64,000 nt of DNA, taken from the human T2T-CHM13v2.0 reference genome, Homo sapiens. Below the pieces are notes generated by a model that was not told where the DNA came from, made no database searches, and worked only from the letters and a program-made list of their open reading frames with translations. Below are positions 38,401 through 51,400 of this stretch, in pieces. Positions within the stretch are counted from its first letter, which is position 1. Each line of letters opens with the position of its first letter. The DNA lies in NCBI RefSeq assembly GCF_009914755.1, contig NC_060943.1; one strand, given 5' to 3'. A program made the translations under genes and the position numbers.

Positions 38401-41400
38401 CTCTTCACAGAGCAGTTTTGAAAACCTCTTTCTGTAGAATCTGCAAGTGGATATTCGGACCACTTTGAGGCCTTCATAGGAAACAGTAATATCTTCACAT
38501 AAAAACTAGATAGAAGCATTCTCAGAAAGTTCTTTGTGATGTGTGAATTCAACTCACAGAGTTGAACCTTCCTTCAATAGAGCAGTTGTGAAACACTCTT
38601 TTTCTAGAATCTGCAAGTAGATATTTGGAGCGCTTTGAGGCCTTCGTTGGAAACCGGAATATCTTCACAGGAAAAGTAGATAGAGGCATTCTCAGAAACT
38701 TTTTTGTGATATGTAGATTCAACTCACAGCGTTGAACCTTTCTTTGGATGGAGCAGTTTTGAAAAACCCTTTTATCGAATCTGCAGGTAGACATTTGGGG
38801 TGCTTTGAGGGCTGTGGTGCAAAAGGAAATGTCTTCCCATAGAAACTAGACTGAAGCATTCTCAGCAACTTCTTGGTGACGTTTGCATTCATCTCACAGT
38901 GTTGAACATACCTTTCCATAGAGTAGTTTTGAAACACTGTTTTTGTAGAATCGGCAAGTGGATATTTGGACTGCTTTGAGGCCTTCATCGGAAACGGGAA
39001 TATCTTCACATAAACACTAGAGAGAAGCATTCTCAGAAACTTCTTTGTCATCTGTCCATTCAACTCACAGAGTTGAACCTTCCTTTTTATGGAGCAGTTT
39101 TGAAACACTCCTTTTGGAGAATCTGCAAGTGGATATTTGGAGCGCTTTGAGGCCTATGGTAGAAAAAGAAATATCTGCCTCTAAAAACCAGACAGAAGCA
39201 TTCCGAGAAACTCCTTTGTGATGTTTGCATTCAACTAGCAGAGTTGAACCTTCCTTTTGATAGGGCAGTTTGGAAACACTCTTTTTGTAGAATCTGCATG
39301 TGGATATCTGGAGCGGTTTGAGGCCTACGGTCAAAAAGGAAATATCTTCCTGGGAAAAATAGACGAAAGCATTCTCAGAAAGTGCTTTGTGATATGTGCA
39401 TTCGACTCACCGAGTTGAAACTTTTTTTTGATAGAGCAGTTTTGAAACACTCTGTAGAATCTGAAAGTGGATATTTGGAGCTCTTTGAGGGCTATGGCGG
39501 AAAAGAAAATATATTCACATTAAAAAAGTAGACAGCAGCATTCTCAGAAACTTCTTTAGGATGTTTGCAGTAAACTCACAGAGTTGAACATACCTTTCCG
39601 TAGAGCAGTTTTGAAACACTCTGTTTGTGGGATCCGCAAGTGGATATTTGGACCGCTTTGAGACCTTTGCTGGAAATGGGAATATCTTCACATATAAACT
39701 AGACAGAAGCATTCTCAGAAACTTCCTCGTGATGTGTGCATTCTTCTCCCGAATTTGAATCTTCCTTTTCATGAAGCAGTTTTGAAACACTCTGTTTGTG
39801 CAATCCACAATTGGATAATTGGAACGCTTTGATGCCCATGGTAGAAAACGAAATATCCTCATATAAAAATTAGACAGAAGGATTCACAGAAAATGCTTTG
39901 TGATGTGTGCATTCAAATCACGGAGTTGAATCTTTCTTTTGTTAGAGCAGTTTTGAAACACTGTTTCTGTGGAATCTGCCAGCGGACACTTGGAGCACTT
40001 TGAGGGCTGTGGTGGAGAAGGAAATATCTTCCCATAAAAACTAGAAAGAAGCATTCTCAGAAACATTTATGTGAAGCGTGCATTCCACTCACAGAGTTGA
40101 ACCTTCCTTTTGATACAACAGTTTTGAAACACTCTTTTGAACAATTGCAGGTGAATCTTTGGAGCGCTTTGAAGCCTTTGTTGGAAATGGGAATATCTTC
40201 ACACACAAACTAGCCAGAAGCATTCTCAGAAACTTCTTTGTGATGTGTGCGTTGAACCCAGAGAGATGAACCTTTCCTTCGATAGAGCAGTTTTGAAACG
40301 TGTTTTTGTAAGATCGGCAAGCGGATAATTGGCTTCGCTTTGTGTCCTTTGGTGGAAACGGGAATATCTTCTAATAAAAACTAGACAGAAATATTCTCAG
40401 AATCTCCTTTGTGATGTGGGCATTCAACTAACACAGTTGAACATTTCTTTTCACAGAGCAGTTTTGAAACACTCTTTTGGTAGAATCTGCCAGTGGATAT
40501 TTGGAGCGCTTGGAGGGCTATTGTGCCAATGGAAATATCTGCCCCTGAAAACTAGACAGAAGCATTCTCAGAAACTACTTCGTGATGTTTGCATTCAACA
40601 CACAGAGTTGAACATACCTCTTCACAGAGCAGTTTTGAAAACCTCTTTCTGTAGAATCTGCAAGTGGATATTCGGACCACTTTGAGGCCTTCATAGGAAA
40701 CAGTAATATCTTCACATAAAAACTAGATAGAAGCATTGTCAGAAAGTTCTTTGTGATGTGTGAATTCAACTCACAGAGTTGAACCTTCCTTCAATAGAGC
40801 AGTTGTGAAACATTCTTTTTCTAGAATCTGCAAGTAGATACTTGGAGCGCTTTGAGGCCTTCGTTGGAAACCGGAATATCTTCACAGGAAAAGTAGATAG
40901 AGGCATTCTCAGAAACTTTTTTGTGATATGTAGATTCAACTCACAGCATTGAACCTTTCTTTGGATGGAGCAGTTTTGAAAAACCCTTTTATCGAATCTG
41001 CAGGTAGACATTCGGGGTGCTTTGAGGGCTGTGGTGCAAAAGGAAATGTCTTCCCATAGAAACTAGACTGAAGCATTCTCAGCAACTTCTTGGTGACGTT
41101 TGCATTCATCTCACAGTGTTGAACATACCTTTCCATAGAGTAGTTTTGAAACACTGTTTTTGTAGAATCGGCAAGTGGATATTTGGACTGCTTTGAGGCC
41201 TTCATCGGAAACGGGAATATCTTCACATAAACACTAGAGAGAAGCATTCTCAGAAACTTCTTTGTCATCTGTCCATTCAACTCACAGAGTTGAACCTTCC
41301 TTTTTATGGAGCAGTTTTGAAACACTCCTTTTGGAGAATCTGCAAGTGGATATTTGGAGCGCTTTGAGGCCTATGGTAGAAAAAGAAATATCTGCCTCTA

Positions 41401-43450
41401 AAAACCAGACAGAAGCATTCCGAGAAACTCCTTTGTGATGTTTGCATTCAACTAGCAGAGTTGAACCTTCCTTTTGATAGGGCAGTTTGGAAACACTCTT
41501 TTTGTAGAATCTGCATGTGGATATCTGGAGCGGTTTGAGGCCTACGGTCAAAAAGGAAATATCTTCCTGGGAAAAATAGACGAAAGCATTCTCAGAAAGT
41601 GCTTTGTGATATGTGCATTCGACTCACCGAGTTGAAACTTTTTTTTGATAGAGCAGTTTTGAAACACTCTGTAGAATCTGAAAGTGGATATTTGGAGCTC
41701 TTTGAGGGCTATGGCGGAAAAGAAAATATATTCACATTAAAAAAGTAGACAGCAGCATTCTCAGAAACTTCTTTAGGATGTTTGCAGTAAACTCACAGAG
41801 TTGAACATACCTTTCCGTAGAGCAGTTTTGAAACACTCTGTTTGTGGGATCCGCAAGTGGATATTTGGACCGCTTTGAGACCTTTGCTGGAAATGGGAAT
41901 ATCTTCACATATAAACTAGACAGAAGCATTCTCAGAAACTTCCTCGTGATGTGTGCATTCTTCTCCCGAATTTGAATCTTCCTTTTCATGAAGCAGTTTT
42001 GAAACACTCTGTTTGTGCAATCCACAATTGGATAATTGGAACGCTTTGATGCCCATGGTAGAAAACGAAATATCCTCATATAAAAATTAGACAGAAGGAT
42101 TCACAGAAAATGCTTTGTGATGTGTGCATTCAAATCACGGAGTTGAATCTTTCTTTTGTTAGAGCAGTTTTGAAACACTGTTTCTGTGGAATCTGCCAGC
42201 GGACACTTGGAGCACTTTGAGGGCTGTGGTGGAGAAGGAAATATCTTCCCATAAAAACTAGAAAGAAGCATTCTCAGAAACATTTATGTGAAGCGTGCAT
42301 TCCACTCACAGAGTTGAACCTTCCTTTTGATACAACAGTTTTGAAACACTCTTTTGAACAATTGCAGGTGAATCTTTGGAGCGCTTTGAAGCCTTTGTTG
42401 GAAATGGGAATATCTTCACACACAAACTAGCCAGAAGCATTCTCAGAAACTTCTTTGTGATGTGTGCGTTGAACCCAGAGAGATGAACCTTTCCTTCGAT
42501 AGAGCAGTTTTGAAACGTGTTTTTGTAAGATCGGCAAGCGGATAATTGGCTTCGCTTTGTGTCCTTTGGTGGAAACGGGAATATCTTCTAATAAAAACTA
42601 GACAGAAATATTCTCAGAATCTCCTTTGTGATGTGGGCATTCAACTAACACAGTTGAACATTTCTTTTCACAGAGCAGTTTTGAAACACTCTTTTGGTAG
42701 AATCTGCCAGTGGATATTTGGAGCGCTTGGAGGGCTATTGTGCCAATGGAAATATCTGCCCCTGAAAACTAGACAGAAGCATTCTCAGAAACTACTTCGT
42801 GATGTTTGCATTCAACACACAGAGTTGAACATACCTCTTCACAGAGCAGTTTTGAAAACCTCTTTCTGTAGAATCTGCAAGTGGATATTCGGACCACTTT
42901 GAGGCCTTCATAGGAAACAGTAATATCTTCACATAAAAACTAGATAGAAGCATTGTCAGAAAGTTCTTTGTGATGTGTGAATTCAACTCACAGAGTTGAA
43001 CCTTCCTTCAATAGAGCAGTTGTGAAACATTCTTTTTCTAGAATCTGCAAGTAGATACTTGGAGCGCTTTGAGGCCTTCGTTGGAAACCGGAATATCTTC
43101 ACAGGAAAAGTAGATAGAGGCATTCTCAGAAACTTTTTTGTGATATGTAGATTCAACTCACAGCATTGAACCTTTCTTTGGATGGAGCAGTTTTGAAAAA
43201 CCCTTTTATCGAATCTGCAGGTAGACATTCGGGGTGCTTTGAGGGCTGTGGTGCAAAAGGAAATGTCTTCCCATAGAAACTAGACTGAAGCATTCTCAGC
43301 AACTTCTTGGTGACGTTTGCATTCATCTCACAGTGTTGAACATACCTTTCCATAGAGTAGTTTTGAAACACTGTTTTTGTAGAATCGGCAAGTGGATATT
43401 TGGACTGCTTTGAGGCCTTCATCGGAAACGGGAATATCTTCACATAAACA
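8441..43450 (+). repeat. HOR haplotype block B (2217-bp units, +3 A insertion, 16 copies)
   Basis: ttaaaaaagtag (A6 instead of A3) from 8483 to ~41737 in every unit; linked cttcctcgtg, gctgtggtggagaag (one copy gttgtgg) and gagaaactcctttg. Confidence 0.9.
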
Positions 43451-46400
43451 CTAGAGAGAAGCATTCTCAGAAACTTCTTTGTCATCTGTCCATTCAACTC
43501 ACAGAGTTGAACCTTCCTTTTTATGGAGCAGTTTTGAAACACTCCTTTTGGAGAATCTGCAAGTGGATATTTGGAGCGCTTTGAGGCCTATGGTAGAAAA
43601 AGAAATATCTGCCTCTAAAAACCAGACAGAAGCATTCCGAGAAACTTCTTTGTGATGTTTGCATTCAACTAGCAGAGTTGAACCTTCCTTTTGATAGGGC
43701 AGTTTGGAAACACTCTTTTTGTAGAATCTGCATGTGGATATCTGGAGCGGTTTGAGGCCTACGGTCAAAAAGGTAATATCTTCCTGGGAAAAATAGACGA
43801 AAGCATTCTCAGAAACTGCTTTGTGATATGGACATTCGACTCACCGAGTTGAAACTTTTTTTTGATAGAGCAGTTTTGAAACACTCTGTAGAATCTGAAA
43901 GTGGATATTTGGAGCTCTTTGAGGGCTATGGCGGAAAAGAAAATATATTCACATTAAAGTAGACAGCAGCATTCTCAGAAACTTCTTTAGGATGTTTGCA
44001 GTAAACTCACAGAGTTGAACATACCTTTCCGTAGAGCAGTTTTGAAACACTCTGTTTGTGGGATCCGCAAGTGGATATTTGGACCGCTTTGAGACCTTTG
44101 CTGGAAATGGCAATATCTTCACGTATAAACTAGACAGAAGCATTCTCAGAAACTTCTTCGTGATGTGTGCATTCTCCTCCCGAATTTGAATCTTCCTTTT
44201 CATGAAGCAGTTTTGAAACACTCTGTTTGTGCAGTCCACAATTGGATAATTGGAACGCTTTGATGCCCATGGTAGAAAAGGAAATATCCTCATATAAAAA
44301 CTAGACATAAGGATTCACAGAAAATGCTTTGTGATGTGTGCATTCAAATCACGGAGTTGAATCTTTCTTTTGTTAGAGCAGTTTTGAAACACGGTTTCTG
44401 TGGAATCTGCCAGAGGACACTTGGAGCGCTTTGAGGGCTATGGTGGAGAAGGAAATATCTTCCCATAAAAACTGGAAAGAAGCATTCTCAGAAACATTTA
44501 TGTGAAGCGTGCATTCAACTCACAGAGTTGAACCTTCCTTTTGATACAACAGTTTTGAAACACTCTTTTGAACAATTGCAGGTGAATCTTTGGAGCGCTT
44601 TGAAGCCTTTGTTGGAAATGGGAATATCTTCACACACAAACTAGCCAGAAGCATTCTCAGAAACTTCTTTGTGATGTGTGCGTTGAACCCAGAGAGATGA
44701 ACCTTTCCTTTGATAGAGCAGTTTTGAAACTTGTTTTTGTAAGATCGGCAAGCGGATAATTGGCTTCGCTTTGTGTCCTTTGGTGGAAACGGGAATATCT
44801 TCTAATAAAAACTAGACAGAAATATTCTCAGAATCTCCTTTGTGATGTGGGCATTCAACTAACACAGTTGAACATTTCTTTTCACAGAGCAGTTTTGAAA
44901 CACTCTTTTGGTAGAATCTGCCAGTGGATATTTGGAGCGCTTGGAGGGCTATTGTGCCAATGGAAATATCTGCCCCTGAAAACTAGACAGAAGCATTCTC
45001 AGAAACTACTTCGTGATGTTTGCATTCAACACACAGAGTTGAACATACCTCTTCACAGAGCAGTTTTGAAAACCTCTTTCTGTAGAATCTGCAAGTGGAT
45101 ATTCGGACCACTTTGAGGCCTTCATAGGAAACAGTAATATCTTCACATAAAAACTAGATAGAAGCATTGTCAGAAAGTTCTTTTTGATGTGTGAATTCAA
45201 CTCACAGAGTTGAACCTTCCTTCAATAGAGCAGTTGTGAAACACTCTTTTTCTAGAATCTGCAAGTAGATACTTGGAGCGCTTTGAGGCCTTCGTTGGAA
45301 ACCGGAATATCTTCACAGGAAAAGTAGATAGAGGCATTCTCAGAAAGTTTTTTGTGATATGTAGATTCAACTCACAGCATTGAACCTTTCTTTGGATGGA
45401 GCAGTTTTGAAAAACCCTTTTATCGAATCTGCAGGTAGACATTTGGGGTGCTTTGAGGGCTGTGGTGCAAAAGGAAATGTCTTCCCATAGAAACTAGACT
45501 GAAGCATTCTCAGCAACTTCTTGGTGACGTTTGCATTCATCTCACAGTGTTGAACATACCTTTCCATAGAGTAGTTTTGAAACACTGTTTTTGTAGAATC
45601 GGCAAGTGGATATTTGGACTGCTTTGAGGCCTTCATCGGAAACGGGAATATCTTCACATAAACACTAGAGAGAAGCATTCTCAGAAACTTCTTTGTGATC
45701 TGTCCATTCAACTCACAGAGTTGAACCTTCCTTTTTATGGAGCAGTTTTGAAACACTCCTTTTGGAGAATCTGCAAGTGGATATTTGGAGCGCTTTGAGG
45801 CCTATAGTAGAAAAAGAAATATCTGCCTCTAAAAACCAGACAGAAGCATTCCGAGAAACTTCTTTGTGTTGTTTGCATTCAACTAGCAGAGTTGAACCTT
45901 CCTTTTGATAGGGCAGTTTGGAAACACTCTTTTTGTAGAATCTGCATGTGGATATCTGGAGCGGTTTGAGGCCTACGGTCAAAAAGGAAATATCTTCCTG
46001 GGAAAAATAGACGAAAGCTTTCTCAGAAACTGCTTTGTGATATGGGCATTCGACTCACCGAGTTGAAACTTCTTTTTGATAGAGCAGTTTTGAAACACTC
46101 TGTAGAATCTGAAAGTGGATATTTGGAGCTCTTTGAGGGCTATGGCGGAAAAGAAAATATATTCACATTAAAGTAGACAGCAGCATTCTCAGAAACTTCT
46201 TTAGGATGTTTGCAGTAAACTCACAGAGTTGAACATACCTTTCCGTAGAGCAGTTTTGAAACACTCTGTTTGTGGGATCCGCAAGTGGATATTTGGACCG
46301 CTTTGGGACCTTTGCTGGAAATGGGAATATCTTCACGTATAAACTAGACAGAAGCATTCTCAGAAACTTCCTCGTGATGTGTGCATTCTACTCCCGAATT

Positions 46401-49400
46401 TGAATCTTCCTTTTCATGAAGCAGTTTTGAAACACTCTGTTTGTGCAATCCACAATTGGATAATTGGAACGCTTTGATGCCCATGGTAGAAAACGAAATA
46501 TCCTCATATAAAAACTAGACAGAAGGATTCACAGAAAATGCTTTGTGATGTGTGCATTCAAATCACGGAGTTGAATCTTTCTTTTGTTAGAGCAGTTTTG
46601 AAACACTGTTTCTGTGGAATCTGCCAGCGGACACTTGGAGCGCTTTGAGGGCTGTGGTGGAGAAGGAAATATCTTCCCATAAAAACTAGAAAGAAGCATT
46701 CTCAGAAACATTTATGTCAAGCGTGCATTCCACTCACAGAGTTGAACCTTCCTTTTGATACAACAGTTTTGAAACACTCTTTTGAACAATTGCAGGTGAA
46801 TCTTTGGAGCGCTTTGAAGCCTTTGTTGGAAATGGGAATATCTTCACACACAAACTAGCCAGAAGCATTCTCAGAAACTTCTTTGTGATGTGTGCGTTGA
46901 ACCCAGAGAGATGAACCTTTCCTTGGATAGAGCAGTTTTGAAACGTGTTTTTGTAAGATCGGCAAGCGGATAATTGGCTTCGCTTTGTGTCCTTTGGTGG
47001 AAACGGGAATATCTTCTAATAAAAACTAGACAGAAATATTCTCAGAATCTCCTTTGTGATGTGGGCATTCAACTAACACAGTTGAACATTTCTTTTCACA
47101 GAGCAGTTTTGAAACACCCTTTTGGTAGAATCTGCCAGTGGGTATTTGGAGCGCTTGGAGGGCTATTGTGCCAATGGAAATATCTGCCCCTGAAAACTAG
47201 ACAGAAGCATTCTCAGAAACTACTTCGTGATGTTTGCATTCAACACACAGAGTTGAACATACCTCTTCACAGAGCAGTTTTGAAAACCTCTTTCTGTAGA
47301 ATCTGCAAGTGGATATTCGGACCACTTTGAGGCCTTCATAGGAAACAGTAATATCTTCACATAAAAACTAGATAGAAGCATTGTCAGAAAGTTCTTGGTG
47401 ATGTGTGAATTCAACTCACAGAGTTGAACCTTCCTTCAATAGAGCAGTTGTGAAACACTCTTTTTCTAGAATCTGCAAGTAGATATTTGGAGCGCTTTGA
47501 GGCCTTCGTTGGAAACCGGAATATCTTCACAGGAAAAGTAGATAGAGGCATTCTCAGAAACTTTTTTGTGATATGTAGATTCAACTCACAGCGTTGAACC
47601 TTTCTTTGGATGGAGCAGTTTTGAAAAACCCTTTTATCGAATCTGCAGGTAGACATTCGGGGCGCTTTGAGGGCTGTGGTGCAAAAGGAAATGTCTTCCC
47701 ATAGAAACTAGACTGAAGCATTCTCAGCAACTTCTTGGTGACGTTTGCATTCATCTCACAGTGTTGAACATACCTTTCCATAGAGTAGTTTTGAAACACT
47801 GTTTTTGTAGAATCGGCAAGTGGATATTTGGAATGCTTTGAGGCCTTCATCGGAAACGGGAATATCTTCACATAAACACTAGAGAGAAGCATTCTCAGAA
47901 ACTTCTCTGTCATCTGTCCATTCAACTCACAGAGTTGAACCTTCCTTTTTATGGAGCAGTTTTGAAACACTCCTTTTGGAGAATCTGCAAGTGGATATTT
48001 GCAGCGCTTTGAGGCCTATGGTAGAAAAAGAAATATCTGCCTCTGAAAACCAGACAGAAGCATTCCGAGAAACTTCTTTGTGATGTTTGCATTCAACTAG
48101 CAGAGTTGAACCTTCCTTTTGATAGGGCAGTTTGGAAACACTCTTTTTGTAGAATCTGCATGTGGATATCTGGAGCGGTTTGAGGCCTACGGTCAAAAAG
48201 GAAATATCTTCCTGGGAAAAATAGACGAAAGCATTCTCAGAAACTGCTTTGTGATATGGGAATTCGACTCACCGAGTTGAAACTTTTTTTTGATAGAGCA
48301 GTTTTGAAACACTCTGTAGAATCTGAAAGTGGATATTTGGAGCTCTTGCAGGGCTATGGCGGAAAAGAAAATATATTCACATTAAAGTAGACAGCAGCAT
48401 TCTCAGAAACTTCTTTAGGATGTTTGCAGTAAACTCACAGAGTTGAACATACCTTTCCGTAGAGCAGTTTTGAAACACTCTGTTTGTGGGATCTGCAAGT
48501 GGATATTTGGACCGCTTTGAGACCTTTGCTGGAAATGGGAATATCTTCACGTATAAACTAGACAGAAGCATTCTCAGAAACTTCTTGGTGATGTGTGCAG
48601 TCTCCTCCCGAATTTGAATCTTCCTTTTCATGAAGCAGTTTTCAAACACTCTGTTTGTGCAATCCACAATTGGATAATTGGAACACTTTGATGCCCATGG
48701 TAGAAAAGGAAATATCCTCATATAAAAACTAGACAGAAGGATTCACAGAAAATGCTTTGTGATGTGTGCATTCAAATCACGGAGTTGAATCTTTCTTTTG
48801 TTAGAGCAGTTTTGAAACACTGTTTCTGTGGAATCTGCCAGCGGACACTTGGAGCGCTTTGAGGGCTATGGTGGAGAAGGAAATAACTTCCCATAAAAAC
48901 TAGAAAGAAGCATTCTCAGAAACATTTATGTGAAGCGTGCATTCAACTCACAGAGTTGAACCTTCCTTGTGATACAACAGTTTTGAAACACTCTTTTGAA
49001 CAATTGCAGGTGAATCTTTGGAGCGCTTTGAAGCCTTTGTTGGAAATGGGAATATCTTCACACACAAACTAGCCAGAAGCATTCTCAGAAACTTCTTTGT
49101 GATGTGTGCGTTGAACCCAGAGAGATGAACCTTTCCTTTGATAGAGCAGTTTTGAAACGTGTTTTTGTAAGTTCGGCAAGCGGATAATTGGCTTCGCTTT
49201 GTTTCCTTTGGTGGAAACGGGAATATCTTCTAATAAAAACTAGACAGAAATATTCTCAGAATCTCCTTTGTGATGTGGGCATTCAACTAACACAGTTGAA
49301 CATTTCTTTTCACAGAGCAGTTTTGAAACACCCTTTTGGTAGAATCTGCCAGTGGATATTTGGAGCGCTTGGAGGGCTATTGTGCCAATGGAAATATCTG

Positions 49401-51400
49401 CCCCTGAAAACTAGACAGAAGCATTCTCAGAAACTACTTCGTGATGTTTGCATTCAACACACAGAGTTGAACATACCTCTTCACAGAGCAGTTTTGAAAA
49501 CCTCTTTCTGTAGAATCTGCAAGTGGATATTCGGACCACTTTGAGGCCTTCATAGGAAACAGTAATATCTTTGCCTAAAAACTAGATAGAAGCATTGTCA
49601 GAAAGTTCTTTGTGATGTGTGAATTCAACTCACAGAGTTGAACCTTCCTTCAATAGAGCAGTTGTGAAACAATCTTTTTCTAGAATCTGCAAGTAGATAC
49701 TTGGAGCGCTTTGAGGCCTTCTTTGGAAACCGGAATATCTTCACAGGAAAAGTAGATAGAGGCATTCTCAGAAACTTTTTTGTGATATGTAGATTCAACT
49801 CACAGCGTTGAACCTTTCTTTGGATGGAGCAGTTTTGAAAAACCCTTTTATCGAATCTGCAGGTAGACATTTGGGGTGCTTTGAGGGCTGTGGTGCAAAA
49901 GGAAATGTCTTCCCATAGAAACTAGACTGAAGCATTCTCAGCAACTTCTTGGTGACGTTTGCATTCATCTCACAGTGTTGAACATACCTTTCCATAGAGT
50001 AGTTTTGAAACACTGTTTTTGTAGAATCGGCAAGTGGATATTTGGACTGCTTTGAGGCCTTCATCGGAAACGGGAATATCTTCACATAAACACTAGAGAG
50101 AAGCATTCTCAGAAACTTCTTTGTCATCTGTCCATTCAACTCACAGAGTTGAACCTTCCTTTTTATGGAGCAGTTTTGAAACACTCCTTTTGGAGAATCT
50201 GCAAGTGGATATTTGGAGCGCTTTGAGGCCTATGGTAGAAAAAGAAATATCTGCCTCTAAAAACCAGACAGAAGCATTCCGAGAAACTTCTTTGTGATGT
50301 TTGCATTCAACTAGCAGAGTGGAACCTTCCTTTTGATAGGGCAGTTTGGAAACACTCTTTTTGTAGAATCTGCATGTGGATATCTGGAGCGGTTTGAGGC
50401 CTACGGTCAAAAAGGAAATATCTTCCTGGGAAAAATAGACGAAAGCATTCTCAGAAAGTGCTTTGTGATATGTGCATTCGACTCACCGAGTTGAAACTTT
50501 TTTTTGATAGAGCAGTTTTGAAACACTCTGCAGAATCTGAAAGTGGATATTTGGAGCTCTTTGAGGGCTATGGCGGAAAAGAAAATATATTCACATTAAA
50601 GTAGACAGCAGCATTCTCAGAAACTTCTTTAGGATGTTTGCAGTAAACTCACAGATTTGAACATACCTTTCCGTAGAGCAGTTTTGAAACACTCTATTTG
50701 TGGGATCCGCAAGTGGATATTTGGACCGCTTTGAGACCTTTGCTGGAAATGGGAATATCTTCACGTATAAACTAGACAGAAGCATTCTCAGAAACTTCTT
50801 CGTGATGTGTGCATTCTACTCCCGAATTTGAATCTTCCTTTTCATGAAGCAGTTTTGAAACACTCTGTTTGTGCAATCCACAATTGGATAATTGGAACGC
50901 TTTGATGCCCATGGTAGAAAAGGAAATATCCTCATATAAAAACTAGACAGAAGGATTCACAGAAAATGCTTTGTGATGTGTGCATTCAAATCACGGAGTT
51001 GAATCTTTCTTTTGTTAGAGCAGTTTTGAAACACTGTTTCTGTGGAATCTGCCAGCGGACACTTGGAGCGCTTTGAGGGCTATGGTGGTGAAGGAAATAT
51101 CTTCCCATAAAAACTAGAGAGAAGCATTCTCAGAAACATTTATGTGAAGCGTGCATTCAACTCACAGAGTTGAACCTTCCTTTTGATACAACAGTTTTGA
51201 AACACTCTTTGGAACAATTGCAGGTGAATCTTTGGAGCGCTTTGAAGCCTTTGTTGGAAATGGGAATATCTTCACACACAAACTAGCCAGAAGCATTCTC
51301 AGAAACTTCTTTGTGATGTGTGCGTTGAACCCAGAGAGATTAACCTTTCTTTGATAGAGCAGTTTTGAAACGTGTTTTTGTAAGATCGGCAAGCGGATAA
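43451..51400 (+). repeat. HOR haplotype block C (2214-bp units, mosaic, more private SNVs)
   Basis: Marker spacings 2214, 2214, 2214, 2213. It keeps block-B ttcaatag/gttgtg/aaaacccttt but has short cattaaagt, gagaaacttctttg and cacgtat. Confidence 0.75.
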
